Assembly (NCBI GenBank): GCA_965644295.1
Contig: CBFFRP010000191.1
Coordinates: 2,522 to 66,521 of the forward strand
Length of the DNA stretch: 64,000 nucleotides
Source of the DNA: Paraphysomonas bandaiensis
Lineage: Eukaryota; Protista; Chrysophyceae
Reading direction: 5' to 3'
Part shown: piece by piece, positions 24,101-35,364 of the stretch
Position numbering within the stretch: position 1 is the stretch's first letter
Layout of the letters: every line of letters starts with the position of its first letter
Notes under the pieces: generated by a model
The model's input: the letters and a program-made list of their open reading frames with translations, nothing else
Told to the model about the DNA's origin: nothing
Database searches by the model: none
Translations under genes and position numbers: made by a program

Positions 24101-25726
24101 CGATATCTAGAAACCGACGCTTTGGAGAAGTACTCTTATGAGAACCTAGTACAATGCCAATCACTTGCTGACGAATTGCAATATCTGGTAGGCAGAAAGT
24201 ATATTGATGACGATAATTTCCAAAAATATGAGATTGCTTCAATACATTATGATGAAACGCATAAGTTAGTGGTTGGTCATAGGAGGCCTTTGTCAGGGAA
24301 ATTGGATAGATATGATACTCACCCATTCGCCGTATGTGGAGAATCTGGATTATGGGAGTTATCAGATCAATATTTATTAGATCATCCGGAAGTAGATCCG
24401 GAGATTAAGTGGCCTTCGAGTAGAGAGAGTATGTTTCAGATCCAAGAAAATGATACTCAACTGGGATTGATTATATCACAGTTATCAAATTTTGAAACTG
24501 GCCATGAGTTAGAAGTGGATGGTCATGATTACAAGTTACATGAGAATGCAGATGAACCATCGCACAAGATACTATTGAGAAAACATGTTCAGAAAAACAA
24601 GGGATCGATAGATTGGCAAATTATGGTCCCTCAGGTGTTACGTTTTCAACTAATGAAGTATTTCCATGAAGGATATACGCATCCAGGAACACAACGAATG
24701 CTTGAAACTTTGAAATTGAGATATTTTTGGCCGTCAATACGCAAGGATGTACAGAAACATGTGGAGGAATGTATACCTTGTAAATTACGTAAGACCTATC
24801 AAACGCGACCAAAGATTCCAATAATGAAATACCCTGATGCAAAATTTCCTTTGTCACGAATACATATTGATTTAACAGGAAGATTGGTGAAAACCAAAAG
24901 TGGTTTCAGTTATATTCTAGTGGTAAAGGATTTCCTTACTAAATTTGTTTGGCTTATGCCTCTTAAGAACAAGACGCCTTTGGAAGTGGCTAATGCTTTG
25001 ATTACTCATGTGTTTTGTCCATTTGGGTTACCAGAATTACTGGTGAGTGATAAAGGCACAGAGTTTGTCAATAAACTGACCAAAGCAATATCCAAGTTAT
25101 TCAAGTATAGAAGGATTAACACTACTCCTTATACTCCAAGGAGCCAGGGTTTAGTTAAGAATCACAACAAGACGTTGAAGGATCAGTTGTACCATTTTGT
25201 AGGTGTATTACAGGATGACTGGGATACATTTTTGCCTACAGTACAATTGATGTATAATACTACAGTGTCCTCGAGCACAAGTTTTACTCCATATTATATG
25301 ATGTTCGGTAGAGAATGCCGTTTACCATCTATAGAGTTTACATTGTCCTCGAAACTTTCCGAGCTTCGATTACAACCTGGAACTATTGAAGCTGAATGGA
25401 TAGATAATTTGTTGATTTCTTTGGAACAAGCTTGGAATTATGCAACGAAGAAAGCTCAAAAGAATCATCTCCGACATAATATGGTATCTAGGCGACCTCG
25501 AGAGTTCAAAGAATATAATGCTGGTGATTTATTCTTCAGAATTCGACGTCCAATTAATGTGTTTAAATCGGCTGATGATGAGGAGTTGTATAAAATCAAT
25601 GCCAAATTACAAGCTAGATTTGAAGGACCTTATAAAGTTATTCGGCGACTAAGTCCAATACTTTATGATGCTGAAATTGAAGGAAAAGAGGTTCGAATAA
25701 ATGCTACTAATATGAAGCCATTTTAG
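21161..25726 (+). CDS. pol: Gypsy ORF2 Pol: RT - RNase H - SET domain - novel domain - integrase (same frame as ORF1, one TGA between)
   Basis: RT FPLPRIDDLL and YLDD; RH LDAS, SDH, NVVADMLSR; SET GWGLFA/DYVG/RYAND/GDEIFFDYG; IN H-H-C-C, HIDL, SDKGTEF, FEGPY. Confidence 0.93.
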   Translation: MNRPPPEPPPVNIADTTSDCPRPESIPVELWNLVDLCQRNSVQPRFDKYTPDRLQECIELILTKLDIYKDDEAVSLQGEISIDADTIASHHNERDYFLAQALANIDVFCFPDPDNPPRIKDYKVSIETTDEVPVRARPRKYSLLQQAFLEAKTGMMLRQKKLQPSNSDWSHGLVLVPYHDRIQKFLDKWGDTAHLEIFKKVNWPEVATFFRMCSDVRSLNQKTKVDIFPLPRIDDLLDSIPVGTDRFSAGDIADAFFCVELDADSRFKTAFRTHNAHLQYTVMLQGWVNAPSHFSRVIAQTFEDMDRFQVSAYLDDVLNHTGGFRAHFLTQQSIYDRLRNRHLTFKIEKTHINYRELRFLGHILSRNGRCPDPKKVEAITNLADPEDVTAVRCFLGSTSFYRQYIPQYADVALPLYDLTKKNVNVKKLWRPEIHGHAMERLKEALRKAPVLRYIDNSKPFVIHLDASKTKRGIGGVLMQHDDAGQLHPVEYFSRKLTPAERNYSATDLECKALRDVILHWHIYLSSGRKFEVHSDHNCLKYMVHSVTATLNPRLLGYLMDLQSYRFALHYKKGVENVVADMLSRLWQIGDVPPATREELSDHLGPVVDNEDPDLIRSWGAAKRQLSKLKRQAVVEAQTIKKTHTCSSKFEVQICNCDALDLDLLSSLTNVKKGGVLGESSELENSEVRFKVAGSTLKRRKQPSIDVEQYSCQVENLLKELNITEVQETGESRMKFSNSGQNIQHATAHSNRTSFHPSRTNYMDNPDESEDMKLIRERRISGYNQCTILPSTKLKAGWGLFATKQICPNVEICDYVGPVVSEGVDQLSSNYGMQMIAGAHRKIVFDGWEPGSSLGRYANDGISKQLINAKLIWKKSKGVLMALREILPGDEIFFDYGKEFWSTRSDQLSPEDNQILNLDGSRRKTTVSFKDEFELIVYDQKRKVQEKLYSKIFKYSDEENSRIQELVEMEERNTRNFERTLRYLETDALEKYSYENLVQCQSLADELQYLVGRKYIDDDNFQKYEIASIHYDETHKLVVGHRRPLSGKLDRYDTHPFAVCGESGLWELSDQYLLDHPEVDPEIKWPSSRESMFQIQENDTQLGLIISQLSNFETGHELEVDGHDYKLHENADEPSHKILLRKHVQKNKGSIDWQIMVPQVLRFQLMKYFHEGYTHPGTQRMLETLKLRYFWPSIRKDVQKHVEECIPCKLRKTYQTRPKIPIMKYPDAKFPLSRIHIDLTGRLVKTKSGFSYILVVKDFLTKFVWLMPLKNKTPLEVANALITHVFCPFGLPELLVSDKGTEFVNKLTKAISKLFKYRRINTTPYTPRSQGLVKNHNKTLKDQLYHFVGVLQDDWDTFLPTVQLMYNTTVSSSTSFTPYYMMFGRECRLPSIEFTLSSKLSELRLQPGTIEAEWIDNLLISLEQAWNYATKKAQKNHLRHNMVSRRPREFKEYNAGDLFFRIRRPINVFKSADDEELYKINAKLQARFEGPYKVIRRLSPILYDAEIEGKEVRINATNMKPF

Positions 25727-25781
25727 GTTCGCAGTGAACTTCGTTCCGCATACTGGCGTATGCGACTGCTGGAGGGGGTAG

Positions 25782-26663
25782 TGTAATAACCAGCTATCAG
25801 GTTATTCTATTCTACAAGCTCTCTATTGTATATGCTTAAGTTTGTACATACCATCTGTGCAAACATAGATTGAATAATATTATTATTATTATTACCATAA
25901 CTCACACTGAGATATATGATATATTATGACTATGACAATTCATGCTTATCATTGATATTTACATAATCATTCAAAAGACAAAGAAAGACATGATTATCAA
26001 TAATGAGACATAATGATGATACTGATGATGGATGATATATATATATGTTCTTATTATATATATATATTGACTTTAAGGCTGGAGAAGTTTACTGGAGAAT
26101 TCCGGGTTTGATATCCATGCTGATAGATGTGTATTGCCAGATTATCCAGTAATACAGTTATACATTACGTATTTCCTTCAGTGCTTATTGGGGATTGATT
26201 GTACTTAGGAGTACGAATACCAGGCTTCAACTACAATGAGAATACTGAATGTATCTTCCCTTATACAGTTGTAATGAGTTATTATGATCAACTGTGTTAG
26301 ACTGATGTGTTTGGTATTGAATATGAATGATGTTCATTCCATTGATCACGGAATCGTAGGTAGACATATTTATATTATTGATAATAAGATGCAATTTCCT
26401 TACTCTTGAAATTGCTGGTAGATAGCATTGTAGTTGTAGACACATATTTGTTCATTGTGATTTGATTATATTGTTATTATTATGGAGGAGGAGACTCTTG
26501 ATAGCGCACAAGAGTCTACTAAATTCGAGTCAGTGAGAAGGACCCTCAGGCTTATGCTTGGAGGGTTAGACCCTTCCATTGCCAATGCCAGTGAGGATCA
26601 AATCCGGGATATAGGCTTGGCATTTGGGTTGTCCGAGATCGAATCAGAGACGTTGGTGTCTCA
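25782..26663 (+). repeat. 3' LTR (882 bp)
   Basis: Preceded by the PPT and followed by TSD ATAT. Confidence 0.9.
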
Positions 26664-27048
26664 ATATATTTTACATTATATTGTTCCCTAACCCTGACTG
26701 AAAGTATGTTCTTTGCATATGAGTTCGCTTCCCCTGTTTACATCAAACTCTATTCACTTGCACAATGTATATCCCATCAGACGGAAGAGCTCAGCACATA
26801 CATGTCCTTGGTGCTATTTACAAAATGAGAGTTTGCATGATAAACTCATAATAAAAGTTAATTTCATTTGGATAGTTTTGCCTCAAGAAAAAATCACCGA
26901 AATATAAAAACCAATTATTACTGCATATACACTTACTACAGCTGTTTGTTTTTTGTAGTTGCCTTCTAGGTGCCTTCACCCACATAGCACTTCTAAATCA
27001 TGTCCAATAACAGTGATTGAACAAGCACCAATGTATAAAGAAACTCCA

Positions 27049-30000
27049 CTACTCTACAGTGGCGTTTGTACAATATTGTTGATATAATAGACCATCTGCG
27101 AAGCATTGGTGAGCATGCACGTCCGGCCCCGCAATATCAAGCTCTTTAAGTGCTCGTATTAAAGGTAGAAGAAAAGCTGAGTTTCTTTCTAGGTCATCAG
27201 CATTTGCAGATACTTTAGTACTCTCTTCCTCTCTGACATGACTACCTGCTGGCACTTCTTCAGGTGGAGTGGCGTTGTCAACAACATCGTCAGCATCTGC
27301 CCCTTCTATATTTACCACATCCTCTACATTTTCCTCCTTACTATTCATAACGTCACCGTCACAAGCATGTTCAGATTGTTCTTGTATCCCAAGCTCATTG
27401 CAAATTTTTATGTTTTCTCTCTCCAATTTCATTAGAAGGGAATCGGTTTCTCCTTTGCAGAGTAACAGCCGCTCTATGACATCAGCCTTATTGGCAGAAA
27501 GCAATAAATTTAACACCGTGGTATCTTCTTGTAGCAACGCAGCTTCAACACATGTATCTCCATTATTGTCTTCGATCAATATATTTAACTCTTCTGCACA
27601 TTCAACGAAAACATTAACAGTATCGACATCGTTGCCATCAATGGCAAGGTGAAGAGCTGTTTTCCCCGATATGTCGTCCGTAACATTCGGGTCAACTTGA
27701 GGTATTGATAACGCTCGACGCATATAAGCAATATTTTTTGCTGACACTGCTCTGTGGAGTGGCCGATCAGGATATATCTTGACGGAGGCATTCAACAGCG
27801 AGCCATGAACTGGAGTTTTGGATGCTCGACTGACTACACCTTGCACAATATCATCAGACACATTTGATAATCCCGCAACGTAATGTGCGTACGGAAATTT
27901 ATATATTGTGACACCTTTCTCCCATATAATATCAACTAATTTAGCATAATTGCTAACAATCGCAACATGAAGAATTGTAAATATCTTCGGAAGGTCCAAC
28001 TTCAGTATTGCTACCTCACAAGTATAATCACAACTAAAACTTTCATCTGCAAAACACTTTCGGAAACAGGGTAACACCAATTCAAATATCGAGTCCAACG
28101 AAACGTCCTTATTTCTGGAAGCACTAGCAAAAAAAAGAGCAGTTGCAACAGCAGGATTTATCTTTTCATTGCAATCTACATTCCGAATCAAATCATAAAA
28201 GTCCCCATCGTACATGTCACATAAAAATTTAAAAAACTCAAATCTCCTCTCTGGAGTAGAGGTAGGAATCTCAGTGAGACACCTATGCTGTGGTGCCGTG
28301 TCTAGTACATCACCACATAGACATAATGTAGCAGGACTGATCCCATCATCGGACCGCAGCATGAGGATATCAGCCAACGTCATTCGGATATATTTTACGG
28401 AAGACGGACAAAGTGCATTTGCCATTGCATTATCCAAGACCCGCCGCGCATCAATATCGTACTTTTCTTCCCTGGTTTTACCTGTCCGCACATCGGAATA
28501 TTCCATTCGTTGTTTCGGTCTGCGCACAGAGTGGTCAACAAGCGACTGACCAACTTCAACACAGTTTTCAGGACAAGTTGCAGCGAGGTAATGCAATGGA
28601 CTGAATCCCTTGTTGTCTAATGCATTAGCCACAGCGCCAAGCTTCAAAGCTGACATGACAGCCATTTTATCACCCAACCCAGCCAATACATGCAAAGCGG
28701 TAACACCATTTTTATTCGGGGAATTAATAGGCGCCCCAGCTGCAACTAAGCGCTCAATAGTTTCCACCGGAGTTCTTCCTTCTTTCGCCTGGACATTGCT
28801 CTTTATGGTAGCAACAACACCACCAATGGAATATACGATGCACCCCAATCCGATAGAATAGTGTAACGGATAGTTTCCACATTCAGAATCACTAACATTC
28901 AAATCCACACCAGCAGCAATCAAACTCTGAATAAAGAATTCTCCACCAGAGAGATCTATCCTGTCCGTGTGATTTTCAGCATTACACATTTGAAACATGA
29001 ACGATCTATCTTCAGGACTCAGTGAAAAGAAAGCGTATTTGATAGATGGGTTTCCTTCCATATCTAGCTGGTCAATATATACACCGGCAGCTACAAGCGC
29101 AGCTGCAACTTCTTCATTTCCAAGTATAAGACAATGGTCTAACGGTGTGACGCCCATGCTATCCCCTCTATTAATATCAGCACCAACCGCGATCAACGCA
29201 ATGGCCAGTGCCGTATGCCCTCCTTGAATACACGCCGTTAGTGGCTGCGCACGCAGCGCTTTCGAATGCAAATCATCACAAGATGTGTTTATAAATGCAG
29301 ACCACGTTGATGTATCTGGACCATGATTAGGGTCACTATGCGTCAAGTCTGGTTCAAATGGCAATGACAATTCGTCTTCAACTCCCTTCTTTTTCCCGTC
29401 TTTTCCTTTATCTTTTCCACCAGATGTGGGTTTCTTGGCTTTCAATTTTTGTGTTTCATCAGGTATGTCAACATTTTTCTGCTTTGCTATGTCATTCCAA
29501 TATTTTTCTCGTACCATTCCTCTGTTGAATATGTACATCAAGACATCTTGGCCCCACTGTACATCTCCAAGTGGACCAAATCGCCCCATACTACCTCCGA
29601 TAATAACAGCACCTCCAAGACTTAAAACACATGCACTAAATATATCAACAACTGCGGGCTGAATCACGTCTGATACTGTTGGTACCCTACTCAAACCTGA
29701 TACTGCAGAAAGCGCAATTGTCATAGTTGGCTTACGGGTGGTTGGGTTTGCAAGAACTCCAAGAATTGCACCAGCAACTGCTATAAAAGGCCAATACTCT
29801 TTCATATAGAGAATTTTATATGCATTTGTCACTGTTTTGCCATGTAATTTATCCAGGTTACATAGAGTCGGAAAATCCCATGAAAAAGGCGCATCAATGG
29901 CTTCAGGTGATATGCTATCATTATCAATTGGTTGCAGCGGAAGGACCTTGTGCGACAAAAAATCCTTCATGTGAATCATTGCAGGAACAAAAGATTTATC

Positions 30001-32733
30001 AGCACTATCATCGTTAGCGAACCCATACTGCGCAATTGCCTTGTAAAATATATCCAATCCTCGTACACCAGCACTGGCCATTGAAGCCAAAAGCCGAAGC
30101 GCAGCGTTGCAAACTGGTTCAGATAGATTATGTGACAGAGGACACGCAAGAATGTTGTCGTCTTCTAATTTCAGTGATGAACAACAGGATACTGTGGCAA
30201 CGCAAGGGTTTGCACACAATCTTATCACACGGGCTGCCTCATCAGCACATGAACAGGAAGAACTCGGAAAAGGTGTGAGTGGTTGCTGTGGAAGCTCTCC
30301 ATCCCCATAGTCTCTATATTTCGCATCAGAGGCAGCAACAACAGCTAAAATATCGAAAGAAATTTCTCGAAGTATAATCTTATCAACTGGTTCAGCTTCT
30401 TGCTCCATGGACCAGCTGAAATCCCGAGGATCCTGAATTGTCACGTGAAACTCCGTCATTGATGCCTCATTCTCGTCAAGATATTTTCCGCAGACAGGAC
30501 CACATCGATATAATAACCCAGCAAATGCGGTCACTTGATCTTCTGTAGCAAACACAGAAATGTAGCTTGGAGATACATCGAGAAGATACTCAATACAACA
30601 CAATATATGACACAGAGAATCACATGGTTGCAGTGGATCCATTTTAAGAATTAGCGAGTCAGATGGCTCGTCGATTACTTCAGGTGCCGATAATCCCTCA
30701 AGCTCAGAATCTTTTACTTCTTCCGCGCCCTCTAGTGGTTCACAATTTTCTACGGGATCTATCGTGGACAGCTCTTCCCGGATTTCAGCTTTCGTCACAA
30801 ATTCCTTAGTTGCAGATAATACAGAACTGTCAACGCAGTTCGCAGCCGCAACAGCACGCTTCACGCTAACAAGTGAAAGGTTCGCCAACGCTGTACTATC
30901 CACTTGCTGAGATTGGAGAAACGAAACAATATCTTCATCAGCACAGCTTTGCATAATGATATTTAACAATCGGGCTCCACGATTACTCAGATCTACATCT
31001 GCGTGTTTGATGAAGTCTACAATGAGAGAAATGTTGGTAGCTTGGGTTGCTTCATTAGAAACTTCTAGATTCGACGCTAAGGCACGCAAATCTAGCTTGT
31101 AATTCTTGTACGACTGACATCGCATTGAACACCTTGATTCAAGTCTATCACTACAGATTTTCGGACTGGATATATTTTCCCCACTTTGTGTGTTTCCATC
31201 GCTCCCTTCTATGTCAGTATCACAAACAACTCTGTCGGTCAGAAGATGCAGCAGCGCTTTTTCAATAACGTGACGAAGCGCGTACAGTACCTCTAATTTT
31301 TCTGGAGGTATGATTATATCACCACGAGGAGAATCTTCTTTACCTTTCTTCGTAGGTGGTTCAGGTTTCTCTATACCGGCAACAAGTGTCGAGTTTGACA
31401 TAAGATTGAGTAAAAATCGCACTGCTCCTTTTTCTGCAGCACAGATACGAATATCTTCCGATATTAAACCATAGCATCCCATCAACATGCTGACATCACG
31501 TATAAAATTCGAAACATCTGGATCAGGACGAGAAGGCTGGACATCTTCACATGCAGCCCATACATGTGGGTTTTGAGCAACAGCGATAACTGCTTCCATC
31601 ACACGACTCACAGAATCCGTTGACACAGAAGCTTTCGCATTCTGTGCCAGCGCAACACATATCATAACAGCAGTTCGTACGAGAGAAATATCTCTATAGG
31701 CATTGCTGCGTGGACTATTCACCTGTTCCTGTGCCTTAACAGAGCCTTTGGTATCCTTGCCCTTACCAGTAGGCGCCTTTCCTTGGATAGGGTCGGAGAC
31801 AATTCTTTCTGAAGCCTCTTCCAAGACTGACAACACTAGCTCAATGTATTCCTGAGTCGAAATTATTTGAAGACCGGCAGGCTGTGTGGATAAATACTCA
31901 AACAACAGCATGCAGTGTAAACTTAATCGCTCTTCTCGACATAACTTCTGAGCCAATTCCAAAACTCCATCAACCGAAAGAAACACGGAAATTGAATCGC
32001 TACCATATCTTAATACAACCAACAATATCTGCATTACCCATACACATGCGTCGATGATTCTTTCTTTTGTTTCTTCGTTGTCGAGTCGAGCAGACAAGTA
32101 CTTCAGTGCTCTACACGAGGTTAATACAATATCTGGAATAGAAGCAAAGGCTGTTGCAATATCATGATTTCTTGGCTCCATATTATACACAGCATACGCA
32201 AAGAGTGACATGCCTTGTATTGCATAAAATCGAAGAGATTCACCTAAAATCTCCTCTGGGGTTGGCTCGGAATTCTTCTTTTTCTTTTTCTTGACTTCCT
32301 CTTCGTACATCATTATTTCAGACAAGTTCTGAAGGACATTAAGAGACCCTGATGATGAAAATAGAGCCTCTGTCCCATGTAGGCACAATTTTAATCCGGT
32401 AGAATCTTTCTTGTTCAGGAATGTCAACAGAGATTCAAGAGTAAGTTTACATAACTGCAGGGTTTTCTATCATAACAAATAAATAAATTATGGAATGTAC
32501 ATCCGCACCATTATATATACCTTCTTAGGAACCAATGACTCGAGTAAAGGGGTAAGGCAACCGCCTTCGAGTAGATACCTTTCATCTTTTATTTTCTCCA
32601 ACGCATGATTCTTTTTTGCTGGGTCTTTCGTTTTAACCTCCTTAGCAGTCGTCTTGAACTCTTTTGCGCGCTGCTTCGCAGTTAGAGCGTCTAAATCCAC
32701 GATAGCAGTATCCCCACTATCCATTTTAATCAC
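27049..32733 (-). CDS. Large ARM-like helical + ankyrin-repeat protein (2 exons, intron ~32467-32520)
   Basis: 1792-aa ORF plus an upstream exon. Ankyrin motifs GADINRGDSMGVTPLDH, NKNGVTALHVLA, DNKGFSPLHY, GKTALHLAIDG. Confidence 0.85.
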
Positions 32734-32887
32734 TTATCTTATACTATATTTGGCATGCCAGTGCTCCCTGTATATAGATAGGGATTGCAGTGATGTGTGT
32801 ACATATATATTCGGATGGATATATACACGACTCAGTCTGCAAAAAATGAAACGGACGGTCACACACACATTCCTACATATCCAGATG

Positions 32888-33177
32888 TACATACATACAT
32901 ACATACATACATACATACATACATACATACATACATACATACATACATACATACATACATACATACATACATACATACATACATACATACATACATACAT
33001 ACATACATACATACATACATACATACATACATACATACATACATACATACATACATACATACATACATACATACATACATACATACATACATACATACAT
33101 ACATACATACATACATACATACATACATACATACATACATACATACATACATACATACATACATACATACATACATA
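32888..33177. repeat. (TACA)n microsatellite, ~72 units
   Basis: Perfect tetranucleotide array directly abutting the left TIR of the pogo-like element. Confidence 0.98.
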
Positions 33178-35025
33178 CAGCGCATTCTCGATATATCGCG
33201 GTATGTATATCGCGATACCCTTTTATATCGCGGATTTTGGTCCAGGACACTTCATCACACATAATTATAATGGAAAACTGAGGTCATTTTCTGTTACAAG
33301 GGTAAGCATTTTTTTGGTAAGCATTCCTTACCAAAAAACGCCGAAAATCAATTTCTGTTTACCCTGGTAAGCATTTTCGGGGTAAGTTTTTGAAAATGCT
33401 TACCAAAATGCTTACCCTGGAGAGAGAGTGGGGGGGTAAAATTTGGAATCCTTACCATGTAGATTTTTTGTCGGGGTAAGGATTTTGGGGAGCATAAAAA
33501 CCTCTAGATGAACATATATCCATAGTATATTAATCACATTTATTGATAACATGAGTGATAGTGAGTCAATATAAGATCCTGTCGACGACACTCTCGTTGA
33601 ATGCGAACCTGAGGATGAAATGTAATGAAGCGCAAGAGTCTTTTTCTCTCATCGAAGGACGTCTGCTCATAAGAAGGATATATGTCTCATGATATTCAAT
33701 GTCGCGTGCTGCAAGAACTTCGAATACCTGTTATTGAGAAATTTCTTCGTTACATACCCTCAATAACAGGAGGCTCATGAGACCATTCTGGAGTCATTCC
33801 CTGAGAATGCATGGAGTTCACAAATAGCAACACTTGGACACCTGATTGAAACTTGGGCAAAAGCCGAAAAAGGCGGAGACATGTTTGGCACTTACTGAAG
33901 AGTACACTAAGGAAAATGCACTGGGGGATATTTACCTCAAACAAATGCGTAATATGACTTTGGAGTGAACATCGAAGTGCAGGCAATTGAAAGCTGAATT
34001 GAAGCATTGAGTATAAGTTTACCTTCTGTTGTTAAGTTAATACTTCTCATATAATGTCAAACTTTGATACAGAGGATGAGTATGAGAAAACTTTTAATTG
34101 GTTAAGCAGTAGGGTTTCATTATCAAGTGACATTATAAGACAAGTACTAATAATTCAATTTACGGAAACCTTAATGCGTGTAAGAACCAGCTATCAGGTT
34201 ATTTTATGCTATATGAGCTCTCTATTGTATATGCTTAAGTTTGTACATACCATCTGTACAACATAGGTTGAATATTGCTATGTTCTATATTGTTATTCAT
34301 AATTTTCACTCTATCGTGTTCATTACTAACACTCTAATAATCACAACATTGTTTTACTATTATAAAGATCAATTCTTTATTATAATGACACATAATGAAG
34401 AACAAATAAGAGCAGTATCACTGCACTTCAGCAGTCAATGTCTTTAGAGGACGAAGGCGATGACGATGACGAGGATGATTGTATTAACACCAATGGAAAT
34501 GATAGTGCTATTACTGCTGTGCAAGCCGACAATGCTGTTTTAATGTTACTCGATTATGCTACCCAGGAGGGGCATTCAACAGCGCATATTGAGCTCCTCA
34601 GAAAAGTGCAGAATAATATTCATACAGAAAGGCACAAGAATCATTCTAAGGTACAAACTTCTCTGCATCAGTTTTTTTCAGCACGTACTAAAGGTTCTGA
34701 AGTCCATGAAATTTAATAATTTTATCTTATTGTTAGCTAGGAATGTAGTAAGTGTGTTAAGAAATTGAATACCATAAATTCCATAAATAATGATATATAA
34801 CTTATTTCACAAATTCTTTGCATGTGCCATTCAGTACAAGGAGTACTATGCTATACAGACACGACATTGTGGATATATTGCACAGTCTTAAGCTCCTTAA
34901 ACTTGTTCTCTATGACTTTGCGGAATACAGTGCTGTATTTTACTATTAAATTGTATATCGCGATATTGCGATATATCGCGATTTCCTCTCCAGGACACTT
35001 TCCGCGATATATCGAGAATGCGCTG
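33178..35025 (+). mobile_element. Non-autonomous pogo/Tigger-like (Tc1/mariner superfamily) DNA transposon
   Basis: Perfect 24-bp TIRs CAGCGCATTCTCGATATATCGCGG (33178-33201 / 35002-35025), TA on both sides. Internal remnant 34438-34716 has an acidic stretch and a C-terminal PIP-box-like QTSLHQFF, as in pogo transposases. Confidence 0.85.
34179..34400 (+). repeat. Diverged 5' fragment of the SET-Gypsy LTR nested in the pogo element
   Basis: tgtaagaaccagctatcaggttatt...gcttaagtttgtacataccatctgt matches 16375 onward, starting exactly at the LTR TG. Confidence 0.8.
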
Positions 35026-35360
35026 TACATACATACATACATACATACATACATACATACATACATACATACATACAGTACATACATACATACATACATA
35101 CATACATACATACATACATACATACATACATACATACATACATACATACATACATACATACATACATACATACATACATACATACATACATACATACATA
35201 CATACATACATACATACATACATACATACATACATACATACATACATACATACATACATACATACATACATACATACATACATACATACATACATACATA
35301 CATACATACATACATACATACATACATACATACATACATACATACATACATACATACATA
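35026..35360. repeat. (TACA)n microsatellite, ~83 units, one TACAGTA interruption at 35074-35080
   Basis: Directly visible. Confidence 0.98.
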
Positions 35361-35364
35361 CATG

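Larger units (their letters stand above)
16375..26663 (+). mobile_element. Full-length young Ty3/Gypsy LTR retrotransposon carrying a SET domain
   Basis: Direct repeats 16375-17256 and 25782-26663 with TG...CA ends; 4-bp TSD ATAT (16371-16374, 26664-26667); PPT GGAGGGGGTAG at 25771-25781; domain order PR-RT-RH-IN. Confidence 0.95.

Noticed and set aside
25731-25769. SECIS element recoding the in-frame UGA as selenocysteine
   Set aside because: Lacks the UGAN/NGAN quartet and apical AA; too short.
26664-26675. Alternative Gypsy LTR end at ...TTTTACA
   Set aside because: Not present in the 5' LTR and gives no TSD, whereas the end at 26663 gives ATAT/ATAT.
26677-26696. Possible hAT-like MITE end TATTGTTCCCTA(A/G)CCCTG, also at ~36684-36701
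   Set aside because: Only one end found in each case; no partner TIR or TSD seen.
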